The notes beneath the pieces are model-generated. The model was not told the origin of the DNA. It was given only the letters and a program-made list of their open reading frames with translations, and did no database searches. This document shows positions 47,492-56,502 of a stretch of 64,000 nucleotides of DNA, one piece after another (within the stretch, counting starts at the first letter, position 1; each line of letters starts with the position of its first letter). The DNA is from an uncultured virus (IMG/VR IMGVR_UViG_3300028835_002692) (lineage: Duplodnaviria; Heunggongvirae; Uroviricota; Caudoviricetes): IMG/VR virus record IMGVR_UViG_3300028835_002692; one strand, written 5' to 3'. A program made the translations under genes and the position numbers.

Positions 47492-48277
47492 ATGGCCATA
47501 GAGATTGTCAAACCGAATCTGACCGCCATCCAGACCGCCTTCACCGGTCGACTTTATACCATGGATATGTTCACCCTCTATCGGGCGGTCAGTGGCCAGT
47601 ACCCGACATATCCCTCTATCGTCGCTAGTGGTCTTGGTCTTTCCATCCAGCAGGACGTACTAACCTTCGTGGGAGCCCTTGGTCCTTTCGGCCGCTTTCA
47701 CTACGTCGGGACCATGTACTCCGCCCTCTACAACCGGATGATTAAGAGGGACTTAGCCCCTCTTAAGGACCTCGAGGGCTTCTGGCCTGGCTGGGACAGG
47801 TTCACCCTGCTACTCCTGGAGGACGCTCAAGAGGTGGGCGAGCCTTTCAAGTTTCCCGGGCTGACCTATACCCTGCCCAAAGTAGAGCTTGACCCGTCCA
47901 CCCTCGGCGCCAGTGCCCCATTGTATTCTATCTACCGTGGCGACGTGGATTCCATGGAGCTGTTTTTGACTCTCCTCACCCAGTACATGCCGGAGACGGT
48001 GGCCACGATTCCCCTCTTCTTCAAAGACCTGGAGGGGATTTTCACCCTCAATGCCGAGTGGATAAGGGAACGGTTCCTGGGCCAGCCGGCATCAGCTGGC
48101 GCCCGGATCATGTCGAAGGTCATCCTGCTCGCCGACTACCGGTGGTACCTGCTCACCGGCGACCTTCTGGCCATGATCGAGCCCATCTTCACGGATCAGC
48201 CGTTTTCCCAGGGCATGTCTAGGCTCGCTAACCTCATAAGACTTGAGGCGGAAAGGATATCGGTCGCAGGAGGTTAA
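47492..48277 (+). CDS. hypothetical protein
   Basis: ATG (MAIEIVK) after AGGAG. Confidence 0.65.
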   Translation: MAIEIVKPNLTAIQTAFTGRLYTMDMFTLYRAVSGQYPTYPSIVASGLGLSIQQDVLTFVGALGPFGRFHYVGTMYSALYNRMIKRDLAPLKDLEGFWPGWDRFTLLLLEDAQEVGEPFKFPGLTYTLPKVELDPSTLGASAPLYSIYRGDVDSMELFLTLLTQYMPETVATIPLFFKDLEGIFTLNAEWIRERFLGQPASAGARIMSKVILLADYRWYLLTGDLLAMIEPIFTDQPFSQGMSRLANLIRLEAERISVAGG

Positions 48278-48279
48278 AG

Positions 48280-48507
48280 ATGGTGTACCCGGATAAGTTC
48301 TATCAACAGGTAAAGGCGACTGTAGAAAGACACGGGGAAAAGGGCAGGAGACTCTGGGCTCTTGCATCTGGATATAACCCCATGGTGCCTCCCGCCACGG
48401 CTCTGACCAACCTGAAGAACGTGGTAGAGGTGATACGGTCGGATTTCGAGGATGAGGCCAGGTCTTTAATCAAGGATTTGGACGAGTTATTTGGGCGAGG
48501 AAGGTAA
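48280..48507 (+). CDS. small hypothetical protein
   Basis: AGGAGG RBS. Confidence 0.6.
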   Translation: MVYPDKFYQQVKATVERHGEKGRRLWALASGYNPMVPPATALTNLKNVVEVIRSDFEDEARSLIKDLDELFGRGR

Positions 48508-48509
48508 GC

Positions 48510-49391
48510 ATGCCGGTTAGAGTAAGGGCAAAACCACCTGGAGAGTTCATGCGTGACCACATGGTTGCTGCTGGGGGCATAGACTATCCCCAGTCCATGT
48601 ATAGAGCCTATAAGACTTACCTGAAGGCGCAGGGACTGAGGGATGGGTGCAGCCGGGCTTCATGGTCCAAGTATATCTGGCTGGCCAACAAGATGGGTCT
48701 GATTGTCTTCGACCATGCGGAGGCTCCCGCTTTCTGGAACGCTATAGAGGACGGTGTTGAAGTCCCTGTATCTTACACCAGGGAGTCGAGACCCCAGGCC
48801 CCGTCTCCCAGGCACTACTACCGAATAATCGACCCGGCCGATCCCCGCTGGATAAGGCTCGAGGCCAGCTATCGTGAGTCTATCGGCATTGAGGTACCGC
48901 CTCCCTTCCCGCGAGTGCCTATCGAACCAGCTCCACCGAAGGTAAAGCCGCCCAAGGTCAAGAAGCCCCCGGTCGAGAAACCTCCCAGGCCACCGCGGGT
49001 ACCCAAGGTTAGGCCGCCGACGGCTGAGGAGAAGGTCCAGCCCTACGAAGAGAGGATCGGCCTCATCCTGGCAACCCTATCAGAGCTGGAAACAACACCA
49101 ACCCTGGAGAAAGTATCTGAGATCGAGGACGGGTTAATCTCCCTGGGAGAGGACGTTCTAGAGGTTGCTGAGAAGGCCAGAGGTAGGGAGAAAACCCTGC
49201 TCTCTAACATAGCACTCAGATGGCGGATGGCTATCGAGGAGATGACCTTGCTCAGGTCCTCCGTGCAGAGGCTTCAGGCCGCTCGGACAGATTCGGAGAG
49301 AGCCAGAGCCCAGGCCGCGCTGCGAGCTGCTATCCGGGTAGTTGCTGAGGACCTGTCCATTCTTCCTGCAGAAGAGAGAGGAGAATCATGA
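48510..49391 (+). CDS. winged-helix-like DNA-binding protein with coiled-coil C-terminus
   Basis: SRASWSKYIWLANKMGLI..RHYYRI; Pro/Lys linker. Confidence 0.55.
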   Translation: MPVRVRAKPPGEFMRDHMVAAGGIDYPQSMYRAYKTYLKAQGLRDGCSRASWSKYIWLANKMGLIVFDHAEAPAFWNAIEDGVEVPVSYTRESRPQAPSPRHYYRIIDPADPRWIRLEASYRESIGIEVPPPFPRVPIEPAPPKVKPPKVKKPPVEKPPRPPRVPKVRPPTAEEKVQPYEERIGLILATLSELETTPTLEKVSEIEDGLISLGEDVLEVAEKARGREKTLLSNIALRWRMAIEEMTLLRSSVQRLQAARTDSERARAQAALRAAIRVVAEDLSILPAEERGES

Positions 49392-50486
49392 AAGTAACGG
49401 ATCTAACCTGGCCATCGCCCAATGACCCTCTCCAGATAAGGAACTGGTACCGGGAAGGGTGTCGGGCTCTCATTGGTGCCCGGAAGGGCCGGACAATCTA
49501 CGACTGGGATATGGACATGATTGGCGAGACCCTCCCGCTATATCGTTACCGTCTATGTTCCTGGTAAGCTAGCCGGCACCCCCCGCTTTATTGAGCCCAA
49601 TTACGTCATGCTCTACCGTATGACCGCCCCCGATGAGCTTGAGGAGGTGGTAGACATCCCCTTCTTTGCTCCACCAATACCAATGGAGCAGGTTGGTCCG
49701 TGGATAGCTCAACCGGTTCAGGAGATGGCGGGCGCCATGATGGCCGAGCTGAAGAGATTAGTCGACCCCCTCCCAAGGACCATGGTTGATTTCTTCTCAT
49801 TACCGTTTCGGAGGGGGTAATCAGCATGGCCAAGGATCTTCCGCTGGCACCGCCGGTGATACTTGACAAATCCGCTCGATTTATCCCGCTTACTTGACAA
49901 GCCATACCCGAACCCTGCCGTCTTACTTGACATCAACAGAATTCTGGCTTTTATCAACAGAAAACAGCCTCTTTTAACCCGAAGTAGCCCCTTTTAGCAA
50001 CAAACCGCCCCACCCTCGAGAATTAGACGCTCTGTAATCAAAATCTACGCCCCTTAAGGCTTTTCTGCGACCGATTATACCTGTCTGGTTCGCTCCTGAC
50101 CGTTCTGACGGCCCGCCGGTCTACTAATAATATTGCACCCTTTTACCAACTGCCCAGAGAAACCGACCTGACCGCCACCGGTCACCAGCTTTGACCAGGC
50201 TGGTAATAAAAGGGCACCCTTTTACCAGACCCCCGGACGAACCGACCCCCGCGGGGATTTTGCAGGAATTATTACCAGATCCTCCGGCCAGTGGACTAAT
50301 TTTCTGTCCATACCCAAGAACTAGTCCACCCTTGTCTCTCTCCTTTCCCGCCAGGTGACTTTAGTTCACAAATGTCACCCTGCCCTGGGACGGCTTTACC
50401 CTATGCTCCTGAGAGGCTGTGGGACACTCTGGGCTAGGTCAATGGTGTAGGCGTGTGTAAGACAAAATCAAGCTTGATTTTATAGT

Positions 50487-50508
50487 GCGTATAATGGCTG
50501 TTATACGC
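50487..50508. repeat. 22-bp palindromic site GCGTATAA-TGGCTG-TTATACGC abutting a -35 box
   Basis: TTGACA starts at 50509. Confidence 0.95.
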
Positions 50509-50591
50509 TTGACAAGCTACGCTATAAATGGTAATATTACATTGGCAGTTTGGGGAAGCCAAGCTGACTACCAAACAAGGGGGATAGACTG

Positions 50592-51128
50592 ATGGGCGAA
50601 CAGTCAAGGCTAGAAGCACTGCTGGAGAAGCAGAAAAAGCTAGAGGCCGACATTGTGGCCGAGAAGGGTAAAGAAGAGGCCAACAAAGTCCTGTCCGGGA
50701 TAGGCGCAGATGTGGCCACCGTTGTCCAGACTGCGGCCAAGGCGGCCAAGGTGGACATCAAGGTGCTACACGGGAAATTCTTTGCCCTGTCCGTGGATGA
50801 CAAGGGCAAGCTGACCGTGGAAGTCGTCACCAAGGCCAGAGCCAAGGCCAACGGAAACGGCACGGCCACCGCCAACGGTAACGGTAACGGCCAGTATGAG
50901 TATTTCCTGGCCGATGGCCGAGGCGGTTATCCCGATATCCAGACGGCCATGACCGAGCTGGGTATCCCGGAAGCCAACAGGCCAAAGCACAATCGGTATG
51001 ACCGACTGAGTGCCGACTGGCAAGCCAAAATTATCCGGAAGGCCAAGGCCACCGAGCCAGCCACCACCGAGCCAGCGGCCACCACCGAGCCAGCGGCCAC
51101 CGAGCCAGCCACCGAGCCAGCCAGCTAG
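50592..51128 (+). CDS. hypothetical protein with C-terminal EPAATT repeats
   Basis: First gene after the 50509 promoter. Confidence 0.7.
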   Translation: MGEQSRLEALLEKQKKLEADIVAEKGKEEANKVLSGIGADVATVVQTAAKAAKVDIKVLHGKFFALSVDDKGKLTVEVVTKARAKANGNGTATANGNGNGQYEYFLADGRGGYPDIQTAMTELGIPEANRPKHNRYDRLSADWQAKIIRKAKATEPATTEPAATTEPAATEPATEPAS

Positions 51129-51321
51129 AGGCCAGTACAATTGAATAGCCAGAGGCCAGCGGGAGAGGTGAGACACCCTCTCCCGCATAGGCGTGCATTA
51201 AAAACCCCAAGTCAGGGGGAGAGGATACGGAGACGGTTTTCTCCCCTTGAGTTGGGGGTCTTAGTACCCTCAGGGATAGAGGTCGACTATCCGAGACAGC
51301 ACTACGAAAGGGGGAAACAAA

Positions 51322-52449
51322 TTGCCTAGGACACAGGTCAACAAGTTGAAGTGTCCCTACTGTCCATACGAGCCTTGGTCGGAGAAAGACCTGGACGACC
51401 ATAAGAAGTTCGCCCACGGGGATACGGGCGAGGCGAAGGGAGAGGAGCAATCCAGACCCCAAGAGCCTGTCCCGGAGACCGAGCCGAGTGAGGCCGTAGC
51501 GGAAACCCCTCTCACAGATGAAGTCTCACCACAGGTGGAGACGGCAAGCCTAGAGAAGCCCGAAGGGGAAGCAGAATTCCCTCCGGGCATTTTTGTGCCT
51601 TCTCCCCAGCCCGACTTCTGGGTGTCCGAGCGTGTGGCCAGGGAACTCTACATTATCGGGAAGCTCTCCGATAAAGGGGAAGCCATCAATGTCAAAGTCC
51701 TCGGCCCCGCTGGTGTGGGAAAGACGTCCCTGGGGTGGGAGTTCGCCGCTTCCTTCAAGCGACCTTGCTTTGAGGTTCATTGGGGAATGTATCAGGAGCC
51801 GTCCGAGGTCTGGGGTAAAGACAGGCTGTCCATGGAGACGGGCACTTACTACGAGCAGGCTCGGTATGTGGATGCCCTGGAAACCCCAAACTGTGTCATC
51901 ATCTTGGATGAGCCTAACCGCTGTCATCCTGAAGTCCTGAACACCAACTTTGCCATGTGGGACTGGCGGAGAGCGGCGTGGGTTCCCGATTTACGGCGGA
52001 TGGTCAGGGTGGCTCCGGGAATCGTGTTCTTTGCGTGTATGAACGAGGGAGCCGAGTACATCGGGACAAACCCTATGGACAAGGCCATCAGGGAACGGTT
52101 CGGGCGTACCATCCGACTGTCGTGGCCTCCCATGAAAGTCGAGACCAAGATACTCGTTAAGCGGACAGGGGTGGACGAGGAAACCGCCAAGAAGCTGACC
52201 CGATTTGCCCGGGACGTGAGGCGTAACCCGAAGGTCGGATGCACTCCCTCCACCAGGCAGCTTCTGGTGGCAGCCCAGGACGTGACAGAGGGGCTTCCCA
52301 TTCAGGAAGCGGTGATGTATGCCATCATCAACGACCTGGATGAGAGCACTGACCGCCAAGCCCTCCTCCAACATCTCCAGATAATCGGCACGGTTGATGA
52401 AGCCTTCGTTGAAGGTAGAGAGGAGGACACCGATGACGATGAAACTTAG
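51322..52449 (+). CDS. MoxR/CbbQ-like AAA+ ATPase with N-terminal C2H2 finger
   Basis: GPAGVGKT, ILDEPNR, MDKAIRERF, STRQL; CPYC..H...H. Confidence 0.88.
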   Translation: MPRTQVNKLKCPYCPYEPWSEKDLDDHKKFAHGDTGEAKGEEQSRPQEPVPETEPSEAVAETPLTDEVSPQVETASLEKPEGEAEFPPGIFVPSPQPDFWVSERVARELYIIGKLSDKGEAINVKVLGPAGVGKTSLGWEFAASFKRPCFEVHWGMYQEPSEVWGKDRLSMETGTYYEQARYVDALETPNCVIILDEPNRCHPEVLNTNFAMWDWRRAAWVPDLRRMVRVAPGIVFFACMNEGAEYIGTNPMDKAIRERFGRTIRLSWPPMKVETKILVKRTGVDEETAKKLTRFARDVRRNPKVGCTPSTRQLLVAAQDVTEGLPIQEAVMYAIINDLDESTDRQALLQHLQIIGTVDEAFVEGREEDTDDDET

Positions 52450-52807
52450 TAGTGCCGTCGTGGACGAGGCTCTCAATGAGGGAAAGGGCGTGAACCGGGA
52501 TGCCCGGATAGAAGCCCTGCACAAGCAACTGGCCAAGGTGCAGAAGGATATCGCCGAGCAGGAGAGAGTGGAGAAGCGGTTGGCTCTGGTCAAATCGGCC
52601 TATGCCAAGCTGAGGCGGGAGCTGGGGAAGACACTCACGCCAGAGGAATATGAGGCGATAGACGGGATTTACCTGTTCGTGCACTCTGGGTGTGTGGATA
52701 TGATAAGGGACATTCCCTCAGCCACCAGCAAGGGTGAGGACAAGCGGTTAGAGAGAGACCTGGACACGGCGGAAGCTCTACACGAACTGGAAACCCTGAC
52801 CAAGTAA
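52433..52807 (+). CDS. coiled-coil hypothetical protein
   Basis: ATG after GGAGGA; heptad pattern. Confidence 0.55.
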   Translation: MTMKLSSAVVDEALNEGKGVNRDARIEALHKQLAKVQKDIAEQERVEKRLALVKSAYAKLRRELGKTLTPEEYEAIDGIYLFVHSGCVDMIRDIPSATSKGEDKRLERDLDTAEALHELETLTK

Positions 52808-52901
52808 GCGAAATGGCGGGATGCGTCACGTGGGCATCCCGCTATCGTGGGGGGTTGGCCTACCCCACTTGATAATGCTAGGCCGGAAAGGGGGGATAGA
52901 G

Positions 52902-55034
52902 ATGGCTCGCAGAGGAAGCCTGAGCGACTTCTGGCGACAGGATGCCTCTGACGACCGAGTGAGGGAACTGACCTCCGTTCTGCGTGGCTCGGATAGTCTC
53001 ATCGGCGTGATGGGAAGCGGTGTCCGTGCCGTGTGGTCAACCAACGGTCAGTCCCAGACTTGGTGGGTTCGCACCAAGCAGGGGAAGCCTGTGGAGATGC
53101 GTGTCTTCCTGGACTACTTGCCCCTTCGGGAGTTAATACCTCCCTTCCAGGGCGAGGCAGTTGACGAGGTTATCGGATACGCTGCCCACGAAGGCGGACA
53201 CTGTCTCTGGTCGTCTGAGAATAGTAAGGATGATGCTCTCCGTATACTTCAGCGTAGCACCACTCCCCAGATGCAGAAGGCTGTAAGGGAAATTAACTCC
53301 ACACATAATGACCAGAATCTGAAGTGCGGCTGTCCCTTATGCCAAGTCCTGCGGGTGGACAACATCCTTGAAGACGCCTTCATTGACTACCACGTTGGCG
53401 AGGAGTGGCCAGTCCTGGGAGAGTATATTCACATCTCCCGCCGGAAGATAGCAGAAAAACGTCCCATAGACCTGGAAGCTATTGCTCGGGACCCGCGTCC
53501 CACCTACAACCAGATGTGCAACCTCTGGATAGCCTGCTCACTCTACGACTATGACCTTCCCGCCAGGATGAGTGCCAGAGTTCGCAGGGCTATGACTTTC
53601 CTGATGGGCAAGTCGGTGGAAGCTGTGCAGACCTCCCACCCTTCAGTGCGTCTCCAGCTCGCCGTTGATTGCTGGGAATACCTGACGGCTAACTTCCCCA
53701 AGCGGGATGACCCGCTTCCCAGACAGCAACCTCCAGCCCAGCCACAGCCACAGCAGGAGAAATCCGAGCAGGGCGAGCAGGGCGAGCAAGGGGAAGCCGG
53801 CGGGGAAGGCGCTGGTGAGGAAACCAAGGGCAAAGGCAAGGGAGAGGACGAGGCTGAGGAAGAAGCCGAAGAAACCGAAGGCGGGGGAAAGCCTGAAGCT
53901 GGGGAAGCTGAAGAAGAAGAGGCCGAGACTGAAGAGGCTGGCGGTGGTGAAGAGGCCGAGGCTGGCGGTGAGGATACTATAAAGGAAGGCCAAGAGCCAG
54001 AGGCCGAGCCAGAGCCAGAGGCCGAGCCAGAGCCAGAGCCAGAGCAGGAATTTGGCCACTTTAGCGGTGAAGCTGGAGAGCAACCAAAGGAAGGCGAGGC
54101 TCAGGAAGGTGGCGAGCAGGGTGGTGATGAGCAAGGGAGCCCGGGAAATCTGGACGAGTTTGACATTCGGGACATTGAAGAAATCCCAGAGGAACTGCTC
54201 AAAGAAGTCCTGGACGCCGTGGTTCACGAACTGGAAGACCTCACTCAGTCGGTGGCGGAAGTTATCAATAAGCCTATCGGGGATGTTGATGCCCAGACCA
54301 AGAAAGCGGATTATGATGCACCCGCAGCGGACAGAGTCCGCCAGCAGGTTGAGAACGAGATACAGGAAATGCGGAGAGTCTTTGACCGCCAAGCACAAGT
54401 CAAGTCCAGATACCTTGGCGGGCTGACCGTTGGGAAGCTAAACCCTCGCAGTCTGGCCAGAGTTGGTGCTGGCAATTTCCGGGTATTCAAGCGGAGAGAG
54501 GTTTTAGAGACTCCCGACCTGGCCGTTGGCCTCCTGCTTGATGTATCGGGTTCAATGAACAGTAGGATGGACTATGTCTGGGCGACAGCCTGTGTCTTTA
54601 GCGAGGGACTGATACGGAAGAAGGGCGTCAATTTCCTTGCCCTGACCTACACTGGCGGGATGTTCGACTGCCAGACCACCCGAATATGCGACAGGGAAAT
54701 GGGTCGCCTGTGCCTGGGAAATGTCGAGCAGGGCGGTGGTACTCCCTCCGGCGTTGCCATAGCCTCAATGAAGGTGCTGATGGACAGGATGCCGGAAAGG
54801 CAGAAGGTCATTATCCACTTCACCGATGGCGAACCTGACGAGAAACGCTCCGTGATGGCGGCGGTGGAAGCCGCCCGGAAAGCTGGCTATTGGGTGTGGG
54901 CTATCTCCCTCCAGGGTTACGAGAGAACGTTAGCCCAACAATACGGTGAAGGAAATTGGGAGACCATCTCCGCTATCAGAGAGTTGCCATCCAGGGTCGC
55001 ACATCTGGTGCAGAAGCTGGTGGCCTCCCGATAG
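52902..55034 (+). CDS. vWA-domain protein with N-terminal HEXXH motif and acidic linker (CobT-like)
   Basis: AHEGGH; LLDVSGSM; GGTP; FTDGEP. Confidence 0.88.
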   Translation: MARRGSLSDFWRQDASDDRVRELTSVLRGSDSLIGVMGSGVRAVWSTNGQSQTWWVRTKQGKPVEMRVFLDYLPLRELIPPFQGEAVDEVIGYAAHEGGHCLWSSENSKDDALRILQRSTTPQMQKAVREINSTHNDQNLKCGCPLCQVLRVDNILEDAFIDYHVGEEWPVLGEYIHISRRKIAEKRPIDLEAIARDPRPTYNQMCNLWIACSLYDYDLPARMSARVRRAMTFLMGKSVEAVQTSHPSVRLQLAVDCWEYLTANFPKRDDPLPRQQPPAQPQPQQEKSEQGEQGEQGEAGGEGAGEETKGKGKGEDEAEEEAEETEGGGKPEAGEAEEEEAETEEAGGGEEAEAGGEDTIKEGQEPEAEPEPEAEPEPEPEQEFGHFSGEAGEQPKEGEAQEGGEQGGDEQGSPGNLDEFDIRDIEEIPEELLKEVLDAVVHELEDLTQSVAEVINKPIGDVDAQTKKADYDAPAADRVRQQVENEIQEMRRVFDRQAQVKSRYLGGLTVGKLNPRSLARVGAGNFRVFKRREVLETPDLAVGLLLDVSGSMNSRMDYVWATACVFSEGLIRKKGVNFLALTYTGGMFDCQTTRICDREMGRLCLGNVEQGGGTPSGVAIASMKVLMDRMPERQKVIIHFTDGEPDEKRSVMAAVEAARKAGYWVWAISLQGYERTLAQQYGEGNWETISAIRELPSRVAHLVQKLVASR

Positions 55035-55136
55035 CTTTCGTAGTGCTGGCCATTCGGCCCGCGGGGGATGAGGGAAGACTTCATCCCTCGTAGCCGAGTG
55101 ACAAGCTCGGGAATTAAATACGAAAGGGGGATACCT

Positions 55137-55484
55137 ATGGGTGGTGTGAAGAGGATGATGGAAGAGGTAGCCGAGCGGATGGGAATTGATGACTTTAATG
55201 ACCCAAGGGTGAAAACGGAAGTTAACCGTCAGCTCTCCATTAACCACCGCAGGCAAGGGAGTATGTACGACCTAGATTACGCTATCCAGACCGAGGCCGA
55301 CCAGATATGCGACAAGAGGTATGGCCGGGAGTTTGGCGACCTGCCCAACAAAATCCAGTATGACGTGTGGCGAGAGGCCGAGGACATTGTTCGGGGGAAG
55401 CTGGCTGACAAGGCAGAGATGGAAGGGGACGAAAGGAGGCTCCGTGGTAATGGCCACGGCCTGACCCACTTAGAGTTGAGCTAG
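55137..55484 (+). CDS. hypothetical protein
   Basis: ATG after AAGGGGG. Confidence 0.5.
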   Translation: MGGVKRMMEEVAERMGIDDFNDPRVKTEVNRQLSINHRRQGSMYDLDYAIQTEADQICDKRYGREFGDLPNKIQYDVWREAEDIVRGKLADKAEMEGDERRLRGNGHGLTHLELS

Positions 55485-55665
55485 TCATCCATCCGCCCTC
55501 GGGGTCTCAGGAATTTTTCGTTTTTCGCAAAACACAAACGCAAATCCTGAGACCTCGCAGCGGGGTGATGAACTCCGAAGAAATACGAAAGGGGGATAAG
55601 CCTATGAAGCGAAAAGTGGGGTGGCGGTGGCGGTTCAAAATACGGTAGAAAGGAGGATGCCTAAA

Positions 55666-56502
55666 ATGGCTCCAAAAGCAGTTTGGAAAGGGGCGATGGG
55701 ATTCGGCATGGTCAGCGTTCCCGTCAAGCTATACTCGGCCACCGAGGAAAAGACAGTCCACTTCAACCAGCTTCACAAGGACTGTGGCGGCCGGATATCC
55801 CTGCCGAAGACCTGCACTTCCTGTGGGGAGAAATTAGAGGCTTCGGAAATCGTGAAGGGCTACCCCATCGGTGATGACAAGTATGTGCTGATGGAAGAAG
55901 CCGACTTTGCCGCTCTCCCAGTCAAGTCCCTAAAGACCATTGATGTGGTTGCTTTCGTGGAAGGCAACCAGATTGACCCTCGCCATTTCGACAAGAGCTA
56001 CTTCATCTCTCCGGATGAAGCGGGGGGTAAGGCTTTCAGCCTGTTTCTCCAGGCGATGGCCAAGGTGAACCTGGTCGGGATATGCAAGCTCGGCTACCTC
56101 CAGAAGGAACACCTCTCCACGATACGAGCCTACGGCGGAGTTATCCTGTTGCAGACCCTCCACTACGCCGATGAGCTGCGAAATGCCGATGAGGTGGCTC
56201 CCAAGCTGGTTGATGTAAGCGACAAGGAGCTGGAGATGGGGATTACTCTCCTGCAGACCCTCCAGACACCTACCGCAAACCTTGACCAGTACCAGGATGA
56301 GTACCGCAACACCCTCCTGAAGGTCATCGAGGCGAAGCTGAACGGAGTAACCCTGACGGTAGAGACTCCCCAAGAAGAGCCGAAGATGGATTTGGTTGAT
56401 GCGCTCATGGCCTCCATCAACCAGTCACAGCAGGCCAAGGCTGAGGCCACAGGCTCGCTAACCGAGAGGATAGAGGAAATTAAGACGGCGGAGGTGAGCT
56501 AG
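55666..56502 (+). CDS. ku: NHEJ Ku protein
   Basis: AVWKGAMGFGMVSVPVKLYSAT; EIVKGY; LHYADELR; DLVDALMAS. Confidence 0.93.
   Translation: MAPKAVWKGAMGFGMVSVPVKLYSATEEKTVHFNQLHKDCGGRISLPKTCTSCGEKLEASEIVKGYPIGDDKYVLMEEADFAALPVKSLKTIDVVAFVEGNQIDPRHFDKSYFISPDEAGGKAFSLFLQAMAKVNLVGICKLGYLQKEHLSTIRAYGGVILLQTLHYADELRNADEVAPKLVDVSDKELEMGITLLQTLQTPTANLDQYQDEYRNTLLKVIEAKLNGVTLTVETPQEEPKMDLVDALMASINQSQQAKAEATGSLTERIEEIKTAEVS

Noticed and set aside
15114..49391. Tailed-phage (HK97) morphogenesis module
   Set aside because: No recognisable terminase, portal, HK97 capsid or tape-measure gene in the window; one could lie outside it.
49388..49820. Possible frameshifted gene joining a 59-aa ORF at 49388 to ORF 49521-49820
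   Set aside because: No homology evidence available to distinguish a frameshift from two small ORFs.
6706..50508. LexA/SOS box identity for the 22-bp palindrome
   Set aside because: Does not match the GAAC-N4-GTTC or CTGT-N8-ACAG LexA boxes.
20008..54045. Short tandem repeats (PTEPVE, APPGVPP, EPAATT, EPEAEP)
   Set aside because: In-frame low-complexity linkers, not independent elements.
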